Part shown: piece by piece, positions 54,504-64,000 of the stretch
Position numbering within the stretch: the stretch's first letter is position 1
How the letters are laid out: the number at the start of each line of letters is the position of its first letter
Assembly: GCA_035945675.1 (NCBI GenBank)
Contig: DASZAB010000134.1
Span: 9,932 to 73,931, forward strand
Length of the DNA: 64,000 nucleotides
From: Verrucomicrobiia bacterium
Lineage (GTDB): Bacteria; Verrucomicrobiota; Verrucomicrobiia; Limisphaerales; UBA11358
Direction of reading: 5' to 3'
Made by a program: the position numbers and the translations under genes
The notes under the pieces: generated by a model
What the model saw: only the letters and a program-made list of their open reading frames with translations
What the model was told of the DNA's origin: nothing
Database searches by the model: none

Positions 54504-55577
54504 CTATTTCATCGAGCGGGTGATGAGACTGCCGCGACCGCGCCGACGGGAACGAACCAGCGCGACGATGATTACCACGACCGCCACCGCCAACAGCACC
54601 GCGCCAATGGCCAGCGCGCCGTTGCGGCTCAGCCCGGAATTTTCCCCCGATAACGCCTGGGCGTTGGTCTGTGTTTCTGCCATTTTTGATGGCGTCGCAT
54701 TCGTTGGGCTTGCGTTTGTGGGCGTTGGCCGCGCTTCGGCAGGGGGCGGATTCGGTTCCAGCTGGACCGGCGTTGAATTGGACAGCACCGACCTGGCCGG
54801 GATGGGAGGAAGCAGATTGCTTACGACATTGGTGCCCACAATCACGAGCGGCGGCGCCGTGACGACCGGTGCCGGAGGCGGCGGCGGCGGCGGATTGGTT
54901 TTAGCCGGTGCGATGGGTTGAGGCGGCTGGGGCAAAGGAGGGAAGTCGGGGAAATTCACTCCAATCGCCGAGGAATTCACGGTATAACCGATGTATTGGC
55001 CAAACTGCGCTCTCAGCACCACAATAAATGTCTCGCCTGCCTTTTTCAACGCACTCTCGTTTTGTTTGAAAGTGGAATTGATCGCGTTGTCATACGGCGT
55101 TCCCTTGATGACTTCATTGCCGTCGCAGAAAATCAGCACGGTCAGCCGTTCCGACTTTTGCACCAGGTCGTTGACCTCCGGCATAAGCACGTCAAAGCGC
55201 GTGCTCCTCGAGTAGTGCTGGAGCCTGACACAGTTGGTGATGTTGGACGCAATCACCGCCGCGTTTTGCGGCAGCCAGCTTTGCAGCGGAAGTTCCCCCA
55301 GGCGCAATTTGCGGCCAAACGTCCACACGCCGATGGTGTCGCCCGACCGCAATTGCCCGTTCATCATGGAGAAGAACAAACGTTCCACCGCGTATTGAGT
55401 CGCCGGCACGCGCACTTTCATCGCCGCCGACGTGTCGAAGACAAGCAGAAAACGGCTGTCCACCCTGCTTGCCGTCGGTTGCGCCTGCAGCGTCGGGGTC
55501 AGCAGAATCCCGGTGCCGAACAGGGCGATGATTCGCGCGCACAGGGCAAACCGGTGTGAAAATGTCGGACTGTTCAT
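54504..55577 (-). CDS. Secreted, C-terminally membrane-anchored protein with a VWA-like domain and a Pro-rich stalk
   Basis: Signal peptide. FLLVFDTSAAM (degenerate MIDAS) ...LTVLIFCDG. PPPPPPAP stalk. C-terminal TM helix followed by RSRRRGR. Confidence 0.5.
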   Translation of the reverse strand: MNSPTFSHRFALCARIIALFGTGILLTPTLQAQPTASRVDSRFLLVFDTSAAMKVRVPATQYAVERLFFSMMNGQLRSGDTIGVWTFGRKLRLGELPLQSWLPQNAAVIASNITNCVRLQHYSRSTRFDVLMPEVNDLVQKSERLTVLIFCDGNEVIKGTPYDNAINSTFKQNESALKKAGETFIVVLRAQFGQYIGYTVNSSAIGVNFPDFPPLPQPPQPIAPAKTNPPPPPPPAPVVTAPPLVIVGTNVVSNLLPPIPARSVLSNSTPVQLEPNPPPAEARPTPTNASPTNATPSKMAETQTNAQALSGENSGLSRNGALAIGAVLLAVAVVVIIVALVRSRRRGRGSLITRSMK

Positions 55578-56059
55578 TGGCTCTTATTTTTATATGGGCG
55601 ACTGAAACGATTTCGTTCCGCCCGGTTGTGATTTCGCAATTCGTCCCGCAATTCCATCAGCGTGCCTTCAATCATGCGGATGAAGTTCGCACAGCTCGCC
55701 GTCATGCCGCCCATGCCCGCGACCGTGTCACGTTCGGCGCGGTCGTCGGTCACCACGAGCACTTCGCCATAGGCCTGAAACCGATGCGCCGCGCGTTCAA
55801 TCATTTGATCGGCCGTCTGCCCCGCTCGCGAAAATAAAACCTCCACCGGCGTGCTGGATTCCCCTGGCGGAACGCCAGGAGGCGCGCCGGCGCCGTCGAA
55901 AAAGATCGTAACCGGCTCACCGGTGGCGTCATGATAACGCGTCAGGACATAAATCAGTTCGTCACGTGCGCGCGCCGAATGGCGCGGCTGGCCCGGAGCG
56001 AGTCCCGGCCAGTTATGCAACAGGCTATAGCCGTCCACGAGGATGCGCGCCAACGCCAT
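55574..56059 (-). CDS. NYN/YacP-like (PIN-related) predicted RNA-binding nuclease
   Basis: Start at MALARILVDGYSLLHNW. The pattern ...FFDGAG...VLFS...ADQMIE...VVTDD is typical of DUF901/YacP. Confidence 0.7.
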   Translation of the reverse strand: MALARILVDGYSLLHNWPGLAPGQPRHSARARDELIYVLTRYHDATGEPVTIFFDGAGAPPGVPPGESSTPVEVLFSRAGQTADQMIERAAHRFQAYGEVLVVTDDRAERDTVAGMGGMTASCANFIRMIEGTLMELRDELRNHNRAERNRFSRPYKNKSQ

Positions 56060-56083
56060 GCGGCGAGGGTAGTGGAATAAGCC

Positions 56084-56262
56084 CAAAATCCAAAGCCTAA
56101 AGTCGCGGCCTGAAGTCGCGGTACTCTCCTGAATCAGCTCGGAGTTCCGCCTTTAGGCGGCCCGGAACCACGTAAACGCGGAACTCCGAACTTCAAATCA
56201 GGACACTACCCAAGTGGCGGTTGGCTTGACTTTGGACCTTGGACTTTGGACTTTAGACTTGA
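56084..56262. repeat. Composite nested palindrome filling most of the divergent gap between the NYN gene and lspA
   Basis: Inner inverted repeat TCCTGAATCAGCTCGGAGTTCCGC ... GCGGAACTCCGAACTTCAAATCAGGA (56127-56204, core 12 bp perfect). Outer arms CCAAAATCCAAAGCCTAAAGTCGCGG... and ...GACTTTGGACCTTGGACTTTGGACTTTAGACTT have ~8-nt periodicity. Confidence 0.7.
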
Positions 56263-56796
56263 ATGTTTGGCGCCAAATCCATTTTCCAGGCTTCGAACCG
56301 CCGCATCGCCGTTATCGCGCTGGTCATCCTCGCCCTCGACCAGTTCGCCAAATGGCTGGTGCTGCGGATGCTGCCGCCGTACCACGAGAAAATCATCATT
56401 GACGGCTTCTTTAAATTCGTTCATTGGGGAAACACCGGCGCGGCCTGGAGCCTTTTTCGCGGCAACAACAACACGCTCGCCCTGGTCGCATTGCTGGCGA
56501 TGGTTGCCCTCTTTCTGACGCGGCATCATTTCAGTTCCGAGACGTTGGCCGGCCAGATTGCGTTCGGGCTGATTTTTGGCGGCATTGCCGGCAACCTCAC
56601 CGACCGCCTGCTGCCGGGGCGCCATCAGGTCATTGATTTCATCTATTTTTACTTGCAGCAGCGCGGCGGCGACGAAATTGGCTTTCCCGCGTTCAACGTC
56701 GCCGATTCGGCAATTTGTACCGGCGTGGCGTTGATTTTTCTCATCACCTGGAGGAGCGAACATGCGCCGAAGAAAAACGCGGAAACGTCGCCGTGA
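56263..56796 (+). CDS. lspA: Lipoprotein signal peptidase II
   Basis: Four TM helices. NTGAAWS and FNVADSAI motifs. Confidence 0.88.
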   Translation: MFGAKSIFQASNRRIAVIALVILALDQFAKWLVLRMLPPYHEKIIIDGFFKFVHWGNTGAAWSLFRGNNNTLALVALLAMVALFLTRHHFSSETLAGQIAFGLIFGGIAGNLTDRLLPGRHQVIDFIYFYLQQRGGDEIGFPAFNVADSAICTGVALIFLITWRSEHAPKKNAETSP

Positions 56797-57740
56797 CCGG
56801 ACGCACGGACAGTTTCGTCGTCGAGAAATCGCTGCCCGCCGAGCGGCTGGATGCGTTTCTACGCCGGCGATTTCCCGTTGCCTCCCGGGTTGCGCTGAAA
56901 CGGCTGATTGAACAGGGCCATATTTGCGTCAATGGCCGGACCGTCAAGCCCACGCATGCTCCCCGCGCCGGCGAAACGATTGAAGTCCACTGGCCGGAAC
57001 CCCAGCCTGCCAGGGCGCAGCCGGAGGAAATGCCACTCGACATCCTTTTCGAGGACCGGTCGCTGTTGGTGCTGAACAAACCTGCCGGTTTGGTGGTCCA
57101 TCCCGCCGCCGGACACGAGGAACACACGCTGGTCAATGCGCTGTTGCATCATTGCGGCGGCGACCTCAGCGGCATCGGAGGCGTGGCGCGTCCGGGCATC
57201 GTCCACCGGCTCGACAAGGAAACCAGCGGCTGCCTGGTCATTGCCAAAAATGATGAAACGCATATTGCGCTGTCCGCCCAATTCGCCGGACGGAAGGTCC
57301 GAAAAATTTACAGCGCCATCGTCTGCGGCGAATTGGCGCGTAATGCGGGTGAAATCCGCGCGTCGATCGCGCGGCACCCATCGCATCGCAAACGCATGGC
57401 CGTGCGCGACGACGATTCGGGCCGCGCCGCGCACACAACCTGGCGTGTGCTGGAACGATTGAATTCAGCCACGCTGGTGGAGGCGCAGTTGCATACGGGC
57501 CGCACGCACCAGATTCGCGTGCATTTCCAGTTCCTCGGCCATCCGCTCGCCGGCGACGAAACCTACGGTGCACGGCAAAACCGGAAGCTCACAGAATTGA
57601 CCGGTTACGAGGCGCCGCGGGTGATGCTGCACGCCCGCGAGCTTTCCTTCATTCATCCACGAACGGAAGAATCGTTGAGTTTTGAAGCGCCGCTGCCGGA
57701 GGATTTCCGGGAGGCACGGAAAATTCTAATGGTTGGGTAA
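56793..57740 (+). CDS. rluD: 23S rRNA pseudouridine synthase, RluD family
   Basis: GTG 56793 overlaps the lspA stop (GTGA). S4 domain. [16 protein letters not shown] catalytic Asp motif. GRTHQIRVH. Confidence 0.88.
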   Translation: MTGRTDSFVVEKSLPAERLDAFLRRRFPVASRVALKRLIEQGHICVNGRTVKPTHAPRAGETIEVHWPEPQPARAQPEEMPLDILFEDRSLLVLNKPAGLVVHPAAGHEEHTLVNALLHHCGGDLSGIGGVARPGIVHRLDKETSGCLVIAKNDETHIALSAQFAGRKVRKIYSAIVCGELARNAGEIRASIARHPSHRKRMAVRDDDSGRAAHTTWRVLERLNSATLVEAQLHTGRTHQIRVHFQFLGHPLAGDETYGARQNRKLTELTGYEAPRVMLHARELSFIHPRTEESLSFEAPLPEDFREARKILMVG

Positions 57741-57876
57741 AGGTGCCCGCCGAGCGGCCAGGGAAGGAAAGCGGAATCCAGGTAAATCAAAATGAGGGTT
57801 CCTATCACTCACCCCTCCGGTTTGTCTCCACAAAATATATTCGCCTGCGGCGCGGGATTTTCGCATATTACGCCCG

Positions 57877-58758
57877 ATGAAATCCATGACGGGCTACGGT
57901 CGCGGCGGCTGCGCCCAGAACGGCTTCAAAATTACCGTTGAGTTGAGCGCCGTGAATCGCCGGCAATCCGAGATTTCCCTGAACCTGCCGCGGGAACTGG
58001 AGATGCTGGAAGCGCCGATTCGCGACGCCATCAACGCAAAAATCGCGCGCGGCCGCGTCATGACGCGAGTGTCGGTCCACGCGGGCGGAGACAAACTGTC
58101 CGCGCGGATGCACATCAATCTGCCGCTGGCCAGGGCGTACACAACGGAACTGAACCGGCTCGCCAAACAACTCAAGCTGGCCGGCCAGGTGACGCTGGAC
58201 CAGCTGATTCGCGCGCCCGGTGTCCTGCAGACGGATGAAGAACTGGTGGAAACCGAAAAAATCTGGCCGGTCATTGAAAACGCGTTGAAGCAGGCGCTGG
58301 CCGCGCTGGTGAAAATGCGCGAACGTGAAGGCGCGCATCTCGCGGACGATTTGGCAGCGCGCATCGCCCTCATGCGAAAGGCCGTTGCCAAAATTCAGAA
58401 GCAAGCGCCGCTGACGGCGGAAAATTACCGGCAGCAACTCGTCGAACGAATCAAAAGCGCCGGCCTGGAGTCGCCCTCACCGGATGACGAGCGCTTGTTG
58501 AAGGAAATCGTCCTGTTCGCCGACCGCTCGGACATCTCGGAGGAATTGACGCGGTTGCAGAGTCATTTTCAGCAGTTTGAGGATTGCCGGAAAGCGAAGG
58601 AGCCGGTCGGACGCACTTTGGATTTCCTCGCGCAGGAAATGAATCGCGAAGTCAACACCATCGGCTCGAAAGCCAACGATGCGGCCATCTCGCGCGAGGT
58701 GGTCACGCTGAAGGCGGAATTGGAGAAATTCCGCGAACAGGCCCAGAATGTCGAATGA
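57877..58758 (+). CDS. yicC: YicC-family stress-induced endoribonuclease
   Basis: MKSMTGYGRG N-terminus. C-terminal DUF1732-like FLAQEMNREVNTIGSKAND. Confidence 0.85.
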   Translation: MKSMTGYGRGGCAQNGFKITVELSAVNRRQSEISLNLPRELEMLEAPIRDAINAKIARGRVMTRVSVHAGGDKLSARMHINLPLARAYTTELNRLAKQLKLAGQVTLDQLIRAPGVLQTDEELVETEKIWPVIENALKQALAALVKMREREGAHLADDLAARIALMRKAVAKIQKQAPLTAENYRQQLVERIKSAGLESPSPDDERLLKEIVLFADRSDISEELTRLQSHFQQFEDCRKAKEPVGRTLDFLAQEMNREVNTIGSKANDAAISREVVTLKAELEKFREQAQNVE

Positions 58759-59453
58759 AAGCCGCAAAACAGAAGCCAGAGGCCGGAAATCAGAAGTCAG
58801 AAGCTCGAAATTCGACGTCCGACCTCCGCTTTCAGTCTTCTGACCGCCGACCGCTCCTCATCCTGATTTCCGCTCCCTCGGGCAGTGGCAAGACGACCTT
58901 GAGCCAACAATTGCTCGGGGCGCGCCCGGACATGACGCGCGCGATTACCTGCACCACCCGTCTCCCGCGACCGGGGGAAAAGGACGGCGTGGATTACCAC
59001 TTTTTCGCGCCGGCGGATTTTCAGCGACATGTCCAGGCCGGGGATTTCATCGAGCACGCCACCGTGTTTGGCCGGAGTTACGGCACGTTGCGTTCCGAAC
59101 TGCTCGACAAATTGCGGGCGGGCCGGGACGTTTTACTCAACGTCGATGTGCAGGGCGCGGCCACGATTCGCGAACGCGCGCAGGCCGAACCGGAATTGAA
59201 GCAAGCCCTGGTGACGGTGTTTCTGGCGCCTCCCTCGGTCGCCACGCTGGAGGAACGGTTGAACAAACGCAACACGGATGCACCGGAAGAAATTCAAAAA
59301 CGCCTCGCCTTCGCGCGGCGGGAGATCGCGGAATGGAGGCATTTTGATTATCTTTTGATCAGTTCGACCATTGCGGAGGACTTGCGGCGGATGCTGGCGA
59401 TTGTCGAGGCCGAAAAGCTGCGTGCGGCCCGGGCCACGGCGCCGGAGTTTTAG
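58755..59453 (+). CDS. gmk: Guanylate kinase with a repeat-derived N-terminal extension
   Basis: ATG 58755 overlaps the yicC stop (ATGA). P-loop SAPSGSGKTT. TTRLPRPGEKDGVDYHF. The first ~33 codons (MKAAKQKPEAGNQKSEARNSTSDLRFQSSDRRP) are encoded by element 58767-58853. Confidence 0.85.
   Translation: MKAAKQKPEAGNQKSEARNSTSDLRFQSSDRRPLLILISAPSGSGKTTLSQQLLGARPDMTRAITCTTRLPRPGEKDGVDYHFFAPADFQRHVQAGDFIEHATVFGRSYGTLRSELLDKLRAGRDVLLNVDVQGAATIRERAQAEPELKQALVTVFLAPPSVATLEERLNKRNTDAPEEIQKRLAFARREIAEWRHFDYLLISSTIAEDLRRMLAIVEAEKLRAARATAPEF
58767..58853 (+). repeat. AGAAGTC / GACCTCC family element at the yicC-gmk junction, encoding the gmk N-terminus
   Basis: ...CAGAAGTCAGAAGCTCGAA-a-TTCGACGTCCGACCTCCG...GTCTTCTGACCGCCGACCGC. 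Same heptamer units and same orientation as the priA copy. Confidence 0.7.
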
Positions 59454-59503
59454 GATCGGTGGTTTACGGTTGCGGATTGCGAATTTAGATTCAGATTGGT
59501 CAC

Positions 59504-60052
59504 ATGAGTGTTTCGCGAAACGTCATTCTGGGTGTGACCGGCTCGATTGCCGCGCACAAGGCGGTGGACCTGGCGAGCCTGTTGGCCAAACAGAAATGCC
59601 AGGTGCATGTGGTGATGACGGCTGACGCGCAGCGCTTCCTCACGCCGCTGCCCTTCAAGGTGCTGACGCGCCTGCCGGTCGTGACCGATCTGTATGACGA
59701 AGAGGAGGGCTGGCAGCCCACGCACATCCGGCTCGCAGACGAAGCGGACCTTTTGTTGATTGCCCCGGCAACGGCCAACGTCATGGCGAAGCTGGCGCGC
59801 GGCATGGCGGACGACGCATTGACCTGTATGGCCCTGGCCTTGAATCCGAAGGCAAAAATTTTGATCGCTCCGGCGATGAACGGAAAAATGTGGTTACATC
59901 CGGCCACGCAGGAAAACACCGCCACGCTCAAGGCCCGCGGCGCGGAATTCATCGGGCCCGATGCGGGAATGCTTTCCTGCGGTTACGAAGGCATCGGCCG
60001 CTTGTGGCCGGTCGAGGCCATTGCCGAACGTGCCGTGAAATTGTTGCGCTAA
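59504..60052 (+). CDS. coaC: Phosphopantothenoylcysteine decarboxylase (stand-alone CoaC flavoprotein)
   Basis: ILGVTGSIAAHKA. PATANVMAKLARGMADD. PAMN. At 182 aa it has no CoaB half. Confidence 0.85.
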   Translation: MSVSRNVILGVTGSIAAHKAVDLASLLAKQKCQVHVVMTADAQRFLTPLPFKVLTRLPVVTDLYDEEEGWQPTHIRLADEADLLLIAPATANVMAKLARGMADDALTCMALALNPKAKILIAPAMNGKMWLHPATQENTATLKARGAEFIGPDAGMLSCGYEGIGRLWPVEAIAERAVKLLR

Positions 60053-60075
60053 ATTTTCCGTTCCCAACCATTTTT

Positions 60076-61460
60076 ATGAAACCGAGCCATGAACAATGGC
60101 TGAAACGGTCGCTTGCGTTGATGGAAATACCTGCGCCGGACCCGCCGCGTTTGCTTCGCCGCATTGAAATCATGGAGCGGGACATCATGCTGCCGCTCAA
60201 GGCATTCGTCATCGGGATGATTCTTTATTCCTTCATTTCCACGCCCTGGTTTGGCTTGGCGTACAGCATGTTGGACATCACCGTGGAAACGATTCAGTAC
60301 CTCTTCTGGTTTTATGTGCTGGCCAACGTGGCGTTCGCCTTGTTGATGCTGAACCCGGCACGGTTGCCCCTGGCGATAGTGCAATGGACGACGGTCACCA
60401 GCAGTCTGGTGGACGGGATTTTCCTTGCGGGCATGGCGCTGTTGACCGGCGGCCTGGACAGCATTTTGTTCTGGCTGTTCGTAGGGTTGATTGTGCGAAA
60501 TGCCGTGAGCGTGCCGCCCGGTGTTTCGCAACTCATTTTGAATTTCGCCATCAGCCTTTGTTACGTCCTGGTGGGTGTGCTGGACGTTTCAGTGTTGAGC
60601 AATCTTGAGCCGAGCATGCAGCGGGTCCTGAATGTGACGCCGCACGCGGCATTGGGGCAGCCGTTCATGTTGCGGTTGGCGGTCCTGTGGCTGATGGCGA
60701 TTTCCTGCTATGGGACGCAGGCATTGCTCGAACGGCAACGGCTGGCCGTTGAGGAAGCCGATGAATTTGCCGCGCGCGAAGGACAGTTGCATTCCGCGGG
60801 CCGGCTCGCCGCCGAATTTGCCCACCAGATCAAAAATCCCCTGGCCATCATCAACAACGCAGCCTTCTCCATCCAGCGCGCCCTGCGCGAAGGCAAAACC
60901 GAGGCGGCGCAACAGATCGAAATCATCCAGGAAGAGGTTTCGCGGGCTGACCGGATCGTCACGCAAATCATGGGCTATGCGCAATTGACCGAAGGCCGGG
61001 TTGAAAAACTGGATGTAGTCGAAGAACTCAATCGCGCCCTCGCGCAGGTTTTTCCTTCGGCCGTGCCGACGGGCGTCCGTGTTCACCGTGAATTCGACCG
61101 GAGTTTTCCTCCTTTGCTGATGCAACGCCAGCATTTGGCCGAAATTCTGCTGAACCTGCTGAAAAATGCGCGCGAGGCCGTCGGCAAAAACGGACATGTT
61201 TACGTCACGGCCGGCAACCACCGCGATCATTCAGTGGAAATTTCAGTGCGAGACGATGGCCCGGGCATTCCCCCTGACAAAATCGGGCGCATTTTTGAAG
61301 CCTATTACACGACCAAGGAGCATGGCACCGGCCTGGGGCTGGCCATCGTCAAGCACAATGTGGAACTTTACGGCGGTACCGTGCGCGTCGAATCCGGGCT
61401 TGGAAAAGGGGCGGCTTTCACTCTACTCTTTCCGGCAAAGACACTGATGCAACCCAAGCG

Positions 61461-61464
<4 letters not shown>
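60076..61464 (+). CDS. Membrane sensor histidine kinase
   Basis: Start at MKPSHEQWL. About 6 TM helices. H-box EFAHQIKNPL. N-box LLKNAREA. G-boxes DDGPGIP and GTGLGLAIV. Confidence 0.85.
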
Positions 61465-62894
<1,430 letters not shown>

Positions 62895-62907
62895 TGGGTA
62901 AAACGCG

Positions 62908-63162
62908 ATGAATGAACTGCTGTCAGCCTGGGCCGGGGTGGTAATCGTCATGGGGACGGCGGTGTTGGTGACGCTGGCGGCCATGGTGTGGATCCTGTTC
63001 TTCCGAAAAAACGCGCGCCACCACCGCCGCCGCCGCCCTCAGCACCATGAACAGCTCCGGCCCTACCCCACCCTCGCGCAAAGTGGCGGCCTGCCACCGG
63101 CGCGCCGGGACGATAAGCTCTCCGAGGAGCAGCCAACGCCAACGTTAATCTCCCGCTTGTGA
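62908..63162 (+). CDS. Small single-pass membrane protein (84 aa), hypothetical
   Basis: One TM helix (AGVVIVMGTAVLVTLAAMVWILFF) followed by a basic stretch RKNARHHRRRRPQHH. The stop overlaps the next gene's GTG. Confidence 0.4.
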   Translation: MNELLSAWAGVVIVMGTAVLVTLAAMVWILFFRKNARHHRRRRPQHHEQLRPYPTLAQSGGLPPARRDDKLSEEQPTPTLISRL

Positions 63163-64000
63163 CGCACAGCCATGTGATCACCCGCAAAAGCGCCTCCAAT
63201 CTTGCGCTCGCTTTCCTGCTGCTGCCACGCGCCAAACGCGATGCCATGTCCGCGCTGTACGCCTTTTGCCGCGAGGTGGATGACGTCACGGATGACGAAT
63301 CCGCGCCGGTGCAGAAACGCCGTGAACAATTGGCGGCCTGGCGCGCCGATATTCGCCGGGCGTGTGCCGGGCAGACCCCGCAATTCACCGTCAACCACGA
63401 ACTCCAGCCGGTCATCGGGGAATACCGCCTGCTCTTTCCGTTGTTCGATGAACTGCTCCGGGGGTGTGAGATGGATTTCGACACCAAGCGCTATGAGAAT
63501 TTCGAGCAGCTTGAAATTTACTGCTATCGTGTCGCTTCGGTGGTCGGCCTTTTGAGCATCGAAATTTTTGGCTACCAGAATCCCGCCTGCCGCGATTATG
63601 CGGTTTACCTGGGTAAAGCGCTCCAACTGACCAACATCCTGCGGGACGTAAAAACCGATGCCGCGCGGGGCAGAATTTATTTGCCGCTGGACGAACTGAA
63701 GAAATCCGGCGTCACGCCCGGCGAAATCTTGCGGCACGAATACTCCGACCGTTTTGCGCAATTGGCCGCCGGTGTCGCCGGGCGCGCCAAGGATTTTTAC
63801 CGCCGGGCGCGGCAATCCCTGCCCGCCGAGGACCGTCACGCGATGGTCGCAGCCGAACTGATGGGTGCGGTCTATTGGCGGCTGCTGCAAAAATTGGAAC
63901 AACAACAATTCAATGTTTTCGGCCCGGAACCCGCCCGCCTGAACAAAGCGCAAAAAACGCTGCTGGTTCTCCGGGCCTCGTTCCGTCTTGTCTTTGGCGC
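63159..64000 (+). CDS. Squalene/phytoene synthase family enzyme (HpnD/CrtB-like), C-terminally truncated by the window end
   Basis: Not in the supplied ORF track because it has no stop inside the window. The frame from GTG 63159 (or GTG 63174) reads ITRKSASNLALAF...YAFCREVDDVTDD (first DxxxD)...YCYRVASVVG...NILRDVKTDAARGRIYLP, and stays open to position 64000. Confidence 0.8.
   Translation, partial: MTHSHVITRKSASNLALAFLLLPRAKRDAMSALYAFCREVDDVTDDESAPVQKRREQLAAWRADIRRACAGQTPQFTVNHELQPVIGEYRLLFPLFDELLRGCEMDFDTKRYENFEQLEIYCYRVASVVGLLSIEIFGYQNPACRDYAVYLGKALQLTNILRDVKTDAARGRIYLPLDELKKSGVTPGEILRHEYSDRFAQLAAGVAGRAKDFYRRARQSLPAEDRHAMVAAELMGAVYWRLLQKLEQQQFNVFGPEPARLNKAQKTLLVLRASFRLVFG

Overview
This is a gene-dense chromosomal core region of about 60% GC. 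I call about 54 CDS (two of them cut by the window edges) and one tRNA-Arg(CCU). The protein sequences and the repeat content suggest a PVC-type, possibly Verrucomicrobiota-like, genome, but that is inference only. Most genes are recognisable housekeeping functions:
- Repair and replication: msrB (partial), msrA, xseA/xseB, ruvC/ruvA, priA.
- Metabolism: purL, dxs, icd, gmk, coaC, and a partial squalene/phytoene synthase.
- Translation, secretion and folding: rimO, rluD, yicC, secA, lspA, two cyclophilins.
- Metal handling: a P1B heavy-metal ATPase and a ZIP metal importer.
- Regulation: a histidine kinase with an NtrC-type sigma-54 activator.

I found no integrase, transposase, phage, CRISPR/cas, reverse transcriptase or known defence gene, so this does not look like an accessory island.

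The most unusual signal is at the nucleotide level. At least ten sequence-unrelated families of short (25-180 bp) palindromic or micro-tandem-repeat elements fill many intergenic gaps, often right up to the start codon. Several are also inserted in frame inside strongly conserved housekeeping genes:
- purL: three insertions.
- priA: two insertions.
- rimO: three tracts.
- xseA: one insertion.
- An HI0933-type flavoprotein: one insertion.
- gmk: the N-terminal 30-40 codons.

One family is read in different reading frames in purL and xseA, so the conserved unit is DNA or RNA, not peptide.

Protein-level candidates for an uncharacterised module:
- A divergent M48 protease next to an operon of an ABC-2-like permease and three translationally coupled SPFH/band-7 paralogs.
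- An ABC ATPase, an ABC-2 permease and an unknown anchored protein.
- A REC-HPt-like-REC protein with 95-aa tandem coiled-coil repeats behind a candidate sigma-54 promoter.

I also report a perfect 9-1-9 palindrome (a Fur/Zur-box candidate) in front of the ZIP transporter. All functional calls come from motif recognition by eye; no database search was possible.
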